A program made the position numbers and the translations under genes. DNA of 31,623 nucleotides from Acidobacteriota bacterium (GTDB lineage: Bacteria; Acidobacteriota; Polarisedimenticolia; Gp22-AA2): positions 1 through 31,623 of the forward strand of contig JBGPLZ010000031.1 of NCBI GenBank assembly GCA_041486695.1. The letters are read 5' to 3'. The notes beneath the pieces are model-generated. The model was not told the origin of the DNA. It saw only the letters and a list, made by a program, of their open reading frames with translations, and made no database searches. Numbering within the stretch: position 1 is the first letter of the stretch; each line of letters opens with the position of its first letter. Shown one piece after another: positions 1-8,349 of this stretch.

Positions 1-540
1 ATCCGTTTGCTGGACCCCTTGGCGGTGCAGCTCACCGGCCAGCAACTCGGCCCGTCCGTGAGTCTCGCCGACGGCCTGGTGCTGGCGTCGCTTACGGAGA
101 ACACCGGCACCGTCTCCACGCTCGGCATCGTGCTGATGCTGGTCTGTCTGTTGCCGATTCCGTTCGGGCTCTGGCTCGTGTTCGCCCGCAACGCGAAGAC
201 GCGTCGCGGCCCGACGTGGGATTGCGGGCAACGCGGGCTGACGCCGCAGATGGAGTACACGGCGACGGGATTCTCGAAACCGATTCGCATGATCTTCAAG
301 GCGCTCTTCCAGCCGCGTCGCGAGGTCCAGCGCGAATACGACTTCTCGCCGCATTTCGCGACGAAGCTCCGATTCGAGAGCCATGTCGAGGAAGTGTTCG
401 TGCAGCGCCTGTACCGCCCGTTACGGATCTTGCTCCTGCGCGTATCCCGGCGGGTTCGGGTGCTCCAAGCGGGAAGCATTCACGCCTACCTGCTCTACAT
501 CTTCGTGACGCTCCTGTTGCTGTTGTTGTTTGCCCTATGA
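1..540 (+). CDS. C-terminal fragment of a HyfB/HycC-like (NuoL/MnhA-type) antiporter-like membrane subunit. The 5' end lies outside the window.
   Basis: The ORF runs in frame from position 1. Hydrophobic segments and a C-terminal motif '...WDCGQRGLTPQMEYTATGFSKP...YRPL...LQAGSIHAYLLYIFVTLLLLLL' match the C-terminus of formate-hydrogenlyase/hydrogenase-4 subunit B. Its stop overlaps the next start (ATGA). Confidence 0.6.
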   Translation: MRLLDPLAVQLTGQQLGPSVSLADGLVLASLTENTGTVSTLGIVLMLVCLLPIPFGLWLVFARNAKTRRGPTWDCGQRGLTPQMEYTATGFSKPIRMIFKALFQPRREVQREYDFSPHFATKLRFESHVEEVFVQRLYRPLRILLLRVSRRVRVLQAGSIHAYLLYIFVTLLLLLLFAL

Positions 541-1481
541 GCGTGAACGTGGTCTCCATCCTCGCCCAAACGGCCTTGCTGCTCTTGCTGGCGCCGCTGC
601 TGGGCGGGCTCATCAAGAACTGGAAGGCGAAGCTCCAGAATCGCCGGGGGCCGCGCATCTGGCAGCCGTACCACGACCTGATCAAGTTCCTGCGCAAGGA
701 CATGGTGATCTCCGAGCACGCCTCGTGGATCTTCTCGTTCACGCCGAACGTCGTGTTCCTGACCGCGCTTTCCGCCGGGCTGATGGTGCCGATGGTTACG
801 GCGCAAGCTCCGCTGAGCCTGTTCGGCGGGGTGTTGGCATTGGTCGGACTCATCGCGTTGGGACGTTTTTTTCTCGCATTGAGCGGACTCGACACCGCGA
901 GTGCGTTCGGCGGCATGGGGAGCAGCCGGGAGGTGACGATCGCCGCCATCGCCGAACCCGCGATGATGCTCGCCATCTTCACGGTCGCGATCACGGCGGG
1001 ATCGACGAACCTCAGCAGGATCGTCCTCGCCGGTCAGGGGCCGGGATCGACGCTTCTCGACCCGTCGCACGCGCTTGCGTTCATCGCGATGTTCATCGTG
1101 TTGCTCGCGGAGACCGGGCGCATCCCGGTGGACAACCCCGCCACGCATCTCGAGCTGACGATGATCCACGAAGCGATGCTTTTGGAGTATTCGGGCCGTT
1201 ACCTGGCGCTTCTCGAATGGGCGGCGCAGATGAAATTCTTTCTCTTCCTTGCGCTGCTCGCCAACCTGGCGCTGCCGTGGGGCGTGGCCCGCGAGCCGGC
1301 GCCCGGAGCCCTGGCGGTCGCGCTCGGGGCCCTGCTGCTGAAGCTCGCCGCCCTGGCGGTGGCGGTCGTCGTCCTCGAGACCAGGGTGGCCAAGCTGCGG
1401 CTGTTCCGCGTCCCGGAGCTCCTGGTGGTGTCGTTCCTGCTCGCGCTGCTCGCCGTGACCTCGTCGTTCCTGGTGCGCTGA
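537..1481 (+). CDS. HycD/HyfC-like membrane subunit (NuoH homolog) of a formate-hydrogenlyase-type / Ehr complex
   Basis: Start ATG at 537 overlaps the upstream stop (ATGA). The NuoH/HycD signature 'LQNRRGPRIWQPYHDLIKFLRKD' is present, with about 8 TM segments. The longer 216..1481 track ORF is an in-frame extension that overlaps the upstream gene. Confidence 0.8.
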   Translation: MSVNVVSILAQTALLLLLAPLLGGLIKNWKAKLQNRRGPRIWQPYHDLIKFLRKDMVISEHASWIFSFTPNVVFLTALSAGLMVPMVTAQAPLSLFGGVLALVGLIALGRFFLALSGLDTASAFGGMGSSREVTIAAIAEPAMMLAIFTVAITAGSTNLSRIVLAGQGPGSTLLDPSHALAFIAMFIVLLAETGRIPVDNPATHLELTMIHEAMLLEYSGRYLALLEWAAQMKFFLFLALLANLALPWGVAREPAPGALAVALGALLLKLAALAVAVVVLETRVAKLRLFRVPELLVVSFLLALLAVTSSFLVR

Positions 1482-1485
1482 TCCG

Positions 1486-2145
1486 ATGAACCCGGAGCTG
1501 TTCGCCCGCCTCGCGACCCTCGCCTCGAGCCTGGTGCTCCTGAGCGGCCTCGCCATCCTCTGGCGGCACAGCCTGCAGGCATATATCGGTGCCTTCGCGC
1601 GCCAGTCGTTCCTGCTGGTGGTCGCGACCCTGGTCGTCGCCGTGTCCTCGGGTGACCGCCGCCTCTATCTGGTCGCCGCGCTGATCTTCGCCGTCAAGGT
1701 CGTCGTGATCCCGCGTCTTCTGCGCCGGACGCAGGTACATGTCGCCGCCGACCTCGAGATCCACCCGTACGTCAACACGCCGGCCAGCCTGCTGATCGCC
1801 GGAGCCCTCACCCTCCTGGCGTACGTCGTCGCCGAGCCGCTGGTGGCGATCGGGGCGCTGCCGACGCGCGGCGGCATCCCGCTGGCTCTCGCGGTGGTCT
1901 TCCTGGGACTGTTCATCGTGATCAGCCGCCGCAGCGCCCTGACGCAGATCATCGGATTCCTGGTCCTGGAGAACGGCATCGCCCTGCTCGCGGTGCTCGC
2001 GACCTATGGCGTGCCCCTGATCGTCGAGCTCGGAGTCTTTCTCGATGTTCTCCTGGGAGTGCTGGTGATGCAGGTGTTCGTCTACCGCATACGCGAGACG
2101 TTCGACACCATCGACGTCGATCGGCTCCGGGATCTCAAGCATTGA
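1486..2145 (+). CDS. HyfE-like small polytopic membrane subunit (NuoK-related)
   Basis: 219-aa very hydrophobic protein lying between the HyfC-like and HyfF-like genes with 4-nt and 7-nt gaps. Size and position match HyfE. Confidence 0.55.
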   Translation: MNPELFARLATLASSLVLLSGLAILWRHSLQAYIGAFARQSFLLVVATLVVAVSSGDRRLYLVAALIFAVKVVVIPRLLRRTQVHVAADLEIHPYVNTPASLLIAGALTLLAYVVAEPLVAIGALPTRGGIPLALAVVFLGLFIVISRRSALTQIIGFLVLENGIALLAVLATYGVPLIVELGVFLDVLLGVLVMQVFVYRIRETFDTIDVDRLRDLKH

Positions 2146-2152
2146 GGGCGGC

Positions 2153-3619
2153 ATGATCCTGCCGATTCTGCTGGTCCTGCCTCTGGTGGCGGCGCTCTGG
2201 GCCCTTGGGGCTCCGCGCCGAGGGCCGCAGGCCGGCCGGGCCGGCGCCGCTCTGTCCGGGGCGGGGCTGCTCCTGGCGCTGGGGCTCGCCCGGCAGTGCC
2301 TCGCCGACGGAGAGGTCGGCTTCGGCGCCGGCCGGTTCCTGCGTGCCGACGCCCTCTCGGCGATCCTGGTCCTGGTCGTCTCGGGAGTGGCGTTCGTGGC
2401 GATCGCCTGCGGACGGGGTGAGATGGACCGGGCCCGGGCGGCGGGGACGATCGATGATGGCGTGGTGCGGCGCTACCACGCCCTCACGCAGCTGTTCGTG
2501 TTCACGATGCTTCTGACGGTTCTGGCCAACAACGTCGGAGTGATGTGGGTGGCGCTGGAGTCGACGACCATCATCACCGCCTTCCTCATCGGGTTGCGCG
2601 GCAGCAAAGAGGCGCTGGAGGCCTCCTGGAAGTACATTTTGATTGGCTCGATCGGCATCGCCCTGGCCTTTCTCGGCACCGTCCTGGCGTACTTCAATTT
2701 CGTGCAGCGGGTCGGCGAGATGCCGTTCGCCCTTCACTGGACCGTCCTTGCCCGGGTCGCGCCGGGCCTGGACCCGGACGTCCTGCGTCTCGCCTTCGTC
2801 TTCATCCTGGTCGGCTACGGCACCAAGGTCGGCCTCGCTCCGATGCATACCTGGCTCCCCGATGCCCACTCGGAGGCACCCGCGCCGATCTCCGCCATGA
2901 TGTCGGGGGCGCTGCTGGCCGTGGCTCTCTACGCCATCCTGCGCTGGAAGGTGGTGGTCGATGCCTGCGTCGGCTCGCTGTTCAGCGAGCGGATGCTGCT
3001 CCTGGTCGGGACGGGCTCCGTGATGCTCGCGGCGGTTCTCCTCGCCGGTCAGACGAGCTACAAGAGGATGCTGGCCTACTCGAGCGTCGAGCACATGGGT
3101 CTCTGCTGCCTCGGCCTCGCGTTGGGGCCGATCGGGACGCTGGCTGCCCTGCTGCATATCATGACCCACGCCGCCTCGAAATCGATGCTGTTCGTGGTCG
3201 CGGGCGATATCGCGGCGGGGTATCGCTCCGCCGCGATCGGCGCGGTGCGGGGCCTGGCGCGCGCGGTTCCCCGGACCGGCGGTCTCTTCCTGGTCGGCAT
3301 GCTCGCGCTGCTGGGCCTGCCACCTTTCGGCCTCTTCGTGTCGGAGTTCCTGCTGTTTCGGGCGGGCTTTCTGACGGGGCATCCCTGGGTGGCCGGACTC
3401 AATCTGGCGCTTCTGGTCTGGGCCTTCGTCTCGCTGCTCGGGGTGACCCAGAAGATGTGTTACGGCCCGCCGGCGCCGGGGGAACCACCGACGGAGCCGC
3501 CGCTCTCGGCGCGGGCGCCGCTGCTGCTCAACCTGGCCGTCCTGCTCGGGCTCGGGATCATGATCCCTCCGCCCCTCCTGGCGCTGCTGCGCCAGGCGAT
3601 GGAGATCGTCCACTCATGA
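2153..3619 (+). CDS. HyfF-like antiporter-type membrane subunit (NuoM/NuoN family)
   Basis: 488 aa and polytopic. The conserved NuoL/M/N motif 'MHTWLPDAHSEAPAPISAMMSGALL' is present. Confidence 0.8.
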   Translation: MILPILLVLPLVAALWALGAPRRGPQAGRAGAALSGAGLLLALGLARQCLADGEVGFGAGRFLRADALSAILVLVVSGVAFVAIACGRGEMDRARAAGTIDDGVVRRYHALTQLFVFTMLLTVLANNVGVMWVALESTTIITAFLIGLRGSKEALEASWKYILIGSIGIALAFLGTVLAYFNFVQRVGEMPFALHWTVLARVAPGLDPDVLRLAFVFILVGYGTKVGLAPMHTWLPDAHSEAPAPISAMMSGALLAVALYAILRWKVVVDACVGSLFSERMLLLVGTGSVMLAAVLLAGQTSYKRMLAYSSVEHMGLCCLGLALGPIGTLAALLHIMTHAASKSMLFVVAGDIAAGYRSAAIGAVRGLARAVPRTGGLFLVGMLALLGLPPFGLFVSEFLLFRAGFLTGHPWVAGLNLALLVWAFVSLLGVTQKMCYGPPAPGEPPTEPPLSARAPLLLNLAVLLGLGIMIPPPLLALLRQAMEIVHS

Positions 3620-3641
3620 TGTTTGTGGAGCCCCGATCACG

Positions 3642-5282
3642 ATGACCCTCAAGACGGCGCTCGAGAGCCTGGGAGCGCAGGCCTTCGTGGAACGCGGTCG
3701 GACGCTGCGGTGCGCCCTGCCGCGCGCGGCGATCCGATCCGCGGCCGAGATCCTGCTCGGGCGTTTCGAGCTCGATCTCGTCGTGATTCTGGCGAACGAT
3801 CGCCGTGGCGACCGCGCTCTGTTCGAGATCGTCTACCTGTTCTCCGAGTGGCGGGAGAACCGGTTCGTCGAGATCGTCGTCGATGTCCCGCCCGGCGACC
3901 CGACCTTTCCGTCGATCGCCACGCTCTCGTACCCCGCGTCGCGCTACGAACGGGAGATCCGCGACCAGTTCGGGCTGGTCCCCGCGGGCCACCCCGACCC
4001 GCGGCCGCTCGTCCGGCACGGCTTCTGGCCCGAGGACTACCATCCGCTGCGCAAGGACGCGCCGCCGCCGGGCGCCTTCAAGGACGATGGCCGCCCCTTT
4101 CCGTTCCAGCAGGTGGAGGGGGAGGGGATCTTCGAGATCCCGGTCGGTCCGGTCCACGCCGGCGTGATCGAGCCGGGCCATTTCCGTTTCAGCGTCGATG
4201 GCGAGACCATCGTCGACATGAAGGCCCGTCTCTACTACACGCACAAGGGAACCGAGAAGCTGTTCGAAGGGCGGCGCCCGGAGGAGGGGGTCGAGCTGGC
4301 CGAGCGGATCTCCGGCGACAGCTCGGTCGGGCACGCGCTCGCCTATTGCGAAGCGATCGAGGCGCTCGCCGGCGTCGGGGCGCCGCCGCGCGCCGCCGCC
4401 GCGCGCGTCGTGCTGCTCGAGATGGAGAGGATCTACAACCACATCGGCGACTTCGGGGCGATCGCCAACGACACCGGCTTCGCGGTGGCGCAGGCGCACG
4501 CCTTGCGGATCAGGGAGACCTTGCTGCGCCTCAACAAGCGCCTGACCGGGCACCGCCTGCTGCGCGGCCTGCTGACCCCGGGCGGGATCACCCGTGACCT
4601 GCCCGCCGAGCTGGCCGGCGTCGCGGGCGGCGCGGCAACGACGTCCGCCGGCGCGCGCCGCGGCGCGCCCCTGGTCGGCGCGCTGGAATCGATCCTGGCC
4701 GACTTCGAGGAGGTGGTGGCGCTCTGCCTCGACAACAGCATGCTGCGTGATCGGCTGCGCGGCGCCGGGACGCTGACAACCCGGACCGCTCTCGATCATG
4801 GGGTTCTGGGATGCGTCGCGCGCGCCTCGGGGATCGATCGCGACGCGCGCCGCGATCACCCCTGCGCCGCGTATGGCCGGCTGCGCTTCCGCGTGCCGGT
4901 CATGAGCTCGGGCGACGTGGAGGCGCGGGCGCTCATCCGCGTCGAGGAGGTGCGCGAATCGGTGGGCCTGATCCGCCAGGCCTTGACGGATCCGCTGGAG
5001 GGAACGGGGGATGGCGCGGACGCCGGGGAGAGCGAGCTGCGCACCAAGCTCCCGCCGCTCCCGCATCGGCAGAGCGGCTTCGGGCTCGTGGAAGGGTGGC
5101 GCGGCGCCATCCTCCACTGGGTGCTCGTCGACGGCGCCGGCCGGCTCGACCGCGTGAAGGTGAAGGACCCGTCGTTCGTCAACTGGCGGGCCCTGACCTT
5201 CGCGCTCCTCAAGAACATCGTCCCCGACTTCCCGCTCTGCAACAAGAGCTTCAATCTCTCCTACTCGGGGAATGATCTGTAG
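3642..5282 (+). CDS. HycE/HyfG-like large subunit (fused NuoC-NuoD fold) with all four [NiFe] cysteine ligands substituted and no C-terminal maturation tail; Ehr-type
   Basis: The N-terminal NuoC-like domain ('RYEREIRDQFGLVPAGHPDPRPLV...WPEDYHPLRKD') and the NuoD/large-subunit core ('IPVGPVHAGVIEPGHFRFSVDGETIVDMKARLYYTHKGTEKL') align closely to E. coli HycE as I recall it. At the HycE 'RVCGICGFAH' L1 position this protein has 'RISGDSSVGH'. At the C-terminal 'DPCYSCTDR' L2 position it has 'NLSYSGNDL', followed directly by the stop. Confidence 0.85.
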   Translation: MTLKTALESLGAQAFVERGRTLRCALPRAAIRSAAEILLGRFELDLVVILANDRRGDRALFEIVYLFSEWRENRFVEIVVDVPPGDPTFPSIATLSYPASRYEREIRDQFGLVPAGHPDPRPLVRHGFWPEDYHPLRKDAPPPGAFKDDGRPFPFQQVEGEGIFEIPVGPVHAGVIEPGHFRFSVDGETIVDMKARLYYTHKGTEKLFEGRRPEEGVELAERISGDSSVGHALAYCEAIEALAGVGAPPRAAAARVVLLEMERIYNHIGDFGAIANDTGFAVAQAHALRIRETLLRLNKRLTGHRLLRGLLTPGGITRDLPAELAGVAGGAATTSAGARRGAPLVGALESILADFEEVVALCLDNSMLRDRLRGAGTLTTRTALDHGVLGCVARASGIDRDARRDHPCAAYGRLRFRVPVMSSGDVEARALIRVEEVRESVGLIRQALTDPLEGTGDGADAGESELRTKLPPLPHRQSGFGLVEGWRGAILHWVLVDGAGRLDRVKVKDPSFVNWRALTFALLKNIVPDFPLCNKSFNLSYSGNDL

Positions 5283-5286
5283 ACCG

Positions 5287-8286
5287 ATGAGCCGCATGCG
5301 CAGGAGCCTCGTCGCCGCCGTTCTCCTCCTGGCGTCCTATGCCGTCATCTCGGTCCGGCGCCTCGAACCTGCCGATCGACTGTTCATCGCCGATGCGCCG
5401 CTCGTCGGCGTCGGACCGCGGCAGGTTCCGGCGGGATGGCGCTTCGTCCCGTGGCTCCTGGCCCGGGTGACCAGCTACCCCTCGACCCCCACCAAACTGC
5501 GCGTCGATCTGAGCGGAGCGCGGGCGGCCGCCAGCCGCGAAGGGGCGACGGTCGAGGTGGAGGTCGAGGTCACCTACGCCGTCGCGCCGGAGCGTCTGCT
5601 CGACCTGCACCGGGCGCACGGGCCGCGGTACGAAGCGTGGCTGGCCGAGGTGGTGGCCCGCACGGCGAGCGAGCGGATGAAGGAAGCCTCGTACGACGTC
5701 ATTCGCGATCGGGACGCCGAGTTCCAGCGGCGGGTCCAGAGCGAGGTGGCCGGGAGCGTCGCCAAGGATGGCCTCGAAGTGACGCGGCTCCGGATCATCC
5801 AGGTGGCCGCCGCCGGGGAGACCTCGGGGACGATCCTGAAGGCCGAGGGGGAGCCGCTGCAGCGCGAGGTCCTCCTGATCGGCGTCGACTCGTTCGACTG
5901 GCGGATCATCGATCCGCTGATGCGGGAGGGACGGATGCCGAACCTGGCGCGCCTGGTCGCCCGGGGCACCCGCGCCCACCTGCGCACCATCAGCCCGATC
6001 CTCTCGCCGGTCATCTGGACCAGCATTGCCACCGGGGTCAAGCCGTCACGCCACGGCATCGTCGACTTCGTGGTCGCCGCCCGCGACACCGGCGCGCTCA
6101 TGCCGGTGACGAGCGCCATGCGCCAGGTCCCGGCGCTCTGGACCCTCCTGAGCCGCCAGGGGATCGACGTCGATGTGATCGCCTGGTGGGCGACCTGGCC
6201 GGCCGAGACCGTGCGCGGCCGGATCGTGACCGATCGGGTCGCCTTCCAGCTCTTCGAGGAGCAGATGCAGGAGGATTGGAAGAGTGCCGACCCCGCCCGT
6301 GCCCGGGGCAAGACCTTCCCTCCCGAGCTGTTCGACGAGGTGCGGCCGATCATCAAGGCCCCTGCCGAAGTGAGCGATGAGGAGGTCGCGCGCTTCCTGC
6401 CGCCGGGCACGGTCGTTGCCTCCCTTAACGAAGACCGGCGGCATCAGCTTGACGAGTTCCGGACCATCCTGGCCGGGGGAGAGACTTACCATGCGGCGGC
6501 GCTCAAGCTGTTCCAGCCGGGGGCTCCGGGCCTGAAGATGATCTACTACGAAGGGCCGGACACTACCTCGCACCAGTTCATGCGCTACCGCCCGCCCCTT
6601 CTGCCGGGGGTCGACCCGTCGGACATGCGCCTGTTCGGCGGCATCGTCGACCGCTACTATGAGCTTCAGGATCGGTACCTCGGCGAGGTCATCGCGCGGG
6701 CCGGCAAGGACGCCACCATCCTGGTCGTCTCCGACCACGGCTTCAAGTCGGACAACAACCGGCCGCCGCACAGCGATCCGCGCATCGGCAAGGCGGACGC
6801 CGCCGAGTGGCATCTGCCGATCGGGGTCTTCGTGATGGCCGGTCCCGACGTGAGGCAGGGGTTCGATCTCGGCGCCGCCTCGGTGCTCGACGTGGCGCCG
6901 ACGATCCTGACGCTGTTCGGCCTGCCGGTGGCGCGCGACATGGACGGCCAGCCGCTGACCCAGGCCCTGACCGACGGCTTCCTCGCCGGCCGGCCGGTGC
7001 GCTGGGTCAATACCTACGGAGGGTTCAGACAGACCCCTCAGGAATCCGCCGCCGCCCCCTCGTCCGATGATGCCGAGATCATCGCCAAGCTCCGGAATAT
7101 CGGCTATATCGGGGACGAGCGGATGACGGCCCGCAACAACCGGGGGGTGATCGCTCTTGACGAAGGGGACGTCGATGGCGCCATCGCGGACTTCGAGCGG
7201 GCCCTCGAGAAGGGGGGGGATGCGGGCAACCTGGTGCGGACCAACCTCGCCCGCGCCTGGCTGCAGAAAGGCGATCGAGACAAGGCGCGCTCTCTCGCCG
7301 AGCAGGCGCTGGCGGAGAATCCGCGCAACAAGCAGGCCGAGACGATTCTTGCCGGCGTTGAGATGAAGGGGCAGAATTTCGAGGCCGCGGAGAAGCACCT
7401 GCGCCGCGCCATCGCCATCGACCCCACCTTCGTCCCGGCCCGCTCGCAGCTCGGCCGGCTGTACGCGAAACAGGAACGGTACAGCGAAGCTCTGGAGGAG
7501 TACCGGAAGGTGATCGAGATCGCCCCCCTCAGCGCCCCGGAGCATAACAGCATCGGCGAGATCTACCGCAAGCTGGGGCAGACGGAGAAGGCCATGGAGG
7601 CGTATCGCGAGGCGCTCCGCTGCGACGCCCAGTATTTCGGGGCCTATAACAATCTCGGGCTCCGTCTTCAAGAGAAGGGCAGGCTCGATGAAGCGAAGGC
7701 GCTGTACGAAAAGGGGCTGGCGATCCGGCCCGAGAATCCGATCCTGCGCAACAGCCTCGGGACGCTGCTGGCTCTCCAGGGGGATCGCGCCGGCGCCCTG
7801 AAGGAGTTCGAACGCGCCACGAAGGCCGATCCCGAGTGGCCGATCGCCGCCGGCAATCTGGCCACCCTGCTGTTCGAGGCGGGCCAATTCGAGGCGGCCC
7901 GGGGCGCCTTCGAGACCTGGGTCCGCCTGGAGCCCGCTGCGATCGAGGCGCGACTCGGGCTCGCATTGGAGCTGCTCATGATCGGGCGCCAGGACGAGGC
8001 GGTCGCTCAGTTCGGGGAAGTCCTGAGCCGGGATCCGCGCAACGTGCGGGCCCTCATCGCTCTCGGGGAGACTCTGGCGCGCCAGGACCATCTCGAGGCG
8101 GCCCAGGCGCGCCTCGAATCGGCGGCGCGGATCGACCCTCTTGTTCCGCGCATCCTGAACAGCCTCGGGGATGTCCTCCTGAGGCGAGGCCTGAAGCAGG
8201 AAGCGGGCGCGGCCCTTCGCAGGTCGCTGTCGGTCGATCCGAAGCAGCCGGAGATCAGACAGCGCCTCTCCGAAATCTCCAGATAG
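5287..8286 (+). CDS. Multidomain protein: N-terminal TM anchor, truncated SPFH/band-7 domain, type I phosphodiesterase/nucleotide pyrophosphatase (alkaline-phosphatase superfamily) domain, and about 10 C-terminal TPR repeats
   Basis: 'MSRMRRSLVAAVLLLASYAVISV' is a signal anchor. The SPFH-like block is 'VEVEVEVTYAVAPERLL...RLRIIQV'. NPP motifs are 'LLIGVDSFDW', 'SPVIWTSIATGVKPSRHGIVDF', 'YYEGPDTTSHQF' and 'ILVVSDHGFKSD', with the metal ligands D/D/H/D/H conserved and Ser in place of the Thr nucleophile. The C-terminus has repeated 34-aa TPR-like units. An alternative start at 5272 overlaps the upstream stop. Start 5287 is preferred because it gives a clean signal anchor. Confidence 0.75.
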   Translation: MSRMRRSLVAAVLLLASYAVISVRRLEPADRLFIADAPLVGVGPRQVPAGWRFVPWLLARVTSYPSTPTKLRVDLSGARAAASREGATVEVEVEVTYAVAPERLLDLHRAHGPRYEAWLAEVVARTASERMKEASYDVIRDRDAEFQRRVQSEVAGSVAKDGLEVTRLRIIQVAAAGETSGTILKAEGEPLQREVLLIGVDSFDWRIIDPLMREGRMPNLARLVARGTRAHLRTISPILSPVIWTSIATGVKPSRHGIVDFVVAARDTGALMPVTSAMRQVPALWTLLSRQGIDVDVIAWWATWPAETVRGRIVTDRVAFQLFEEQMQEDWKSADPARARGKTFPPELFDEVRPIIKAPAEVSDEEVARFLPPGTVVASLNEDRRHQLDEFRTILAGGETYHAAALKLFQPGAPGLKMIYYEGPDTTSHQFMRYRPPLLPGVDPSDMRLFGGIVDRYYELQDRYLGEVIARAGKDATILVVSDHGFKSDNNRPPHSDPRIGKADAAEWHLPIGVFVMAGPDVRQGFDLGAASVLDVAPTILTLFGLPVARDMDGQPLTQALTDGFLAGRPVRWVNTYGGFRQTPQESAAAPSSDDAEIIAKLRNIGYIGDERMTARNNRGVIALDEGDVDGAIADFERALEKGGDAGNLVRTNLARAWLQKGDRDKARSLAEQALAENPRNKQAETILAGVEMKGQNFEAAEKHLRRAIAIDPTFVPARSQLGRLYAKQERYSEALEEYRKVIEIAPLSAPEHNSIGEIYRKLGQTEKAMEAYREALRCDAQYFGAYNNLGLRLQEKGRLDEAKALYEKGLAIRPENPILRNSLGTLLALQGDRAGALKEFERATKADPEWPIAAGNLATLLFEAGQFEAARGAFETWVRLEPAAIEARLGLALELLMIGRQDEAVAQFGEVLSRDPRNVRALIALGETLARQDHLEAAQARLESAARIDPLVPRILNSLGDVLLRRGLKQEAGAALRRSLSVDPKQPEIRQRLSEISR

Positions 8287-8295
8287 GTCTGGCGC

Positions 8296-8325
8296 AAAAA
8301 AAGGGGCGGCTCGGCGAGCCGCCCC
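8296..8325 (-). terminator. Rho-independent terminator hairpin (GGGGCGGCTCG/CGAGCCGCCCC) with a 7-nt U-run on the minus-strand transcript; may also serve the plus-strand gene
   Basis: A perfect 10-bp GC stem at 8303..8325 is preceded on the plus strand by AAAAAAA (8296..8302). This equals a stem followed by UUUUUUU on the minus strand. It lies directly downstream of the minus-strand OMP gene and 10 nt after the plus-strand stop at 8286. Confidence 0.55.
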
Positions 8326-8349
8326 ATCGTCGATGCCGCCGTCAGTTGG

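Noticed and set aside
216-1481. Longer N-terminal versions of hyfC-like (from 216), folE (from 23102) and the OMP (to 9528), and the 5272 start for the SPFH-NPP-TPR gene
   Set aside because: The extensions overlap upstream genes or lack signal-peptide and family-consistent N-termini. Downstream in-frame starts that give ATGA/GTGA coupling or a clean signal peptide are preferred.
495-5297. Long minus-strand ORFs (495..1556, 1093..2154, 2135..3613, 3558..5297) antisense to the hyf-like operon
   Set aside because: Their composition is Arg/Gly/Asp/Pro/Gln-rich and low-complexity, typical of out-of-frame reading of GC-rich coding DNA. They have no recognisable domains. The sense-strand genes have clear family signatures.
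6046-8091. 681-aa minus-strand ORF and other ORFs overlapping the SPFH-NPP-TPR gene (5436..6380, 5574..6410, 7529..7966 and others)
   Set aside because: They are antisense or alternative frames of a well-supported gene, with compositionally biased translations and no motifs.
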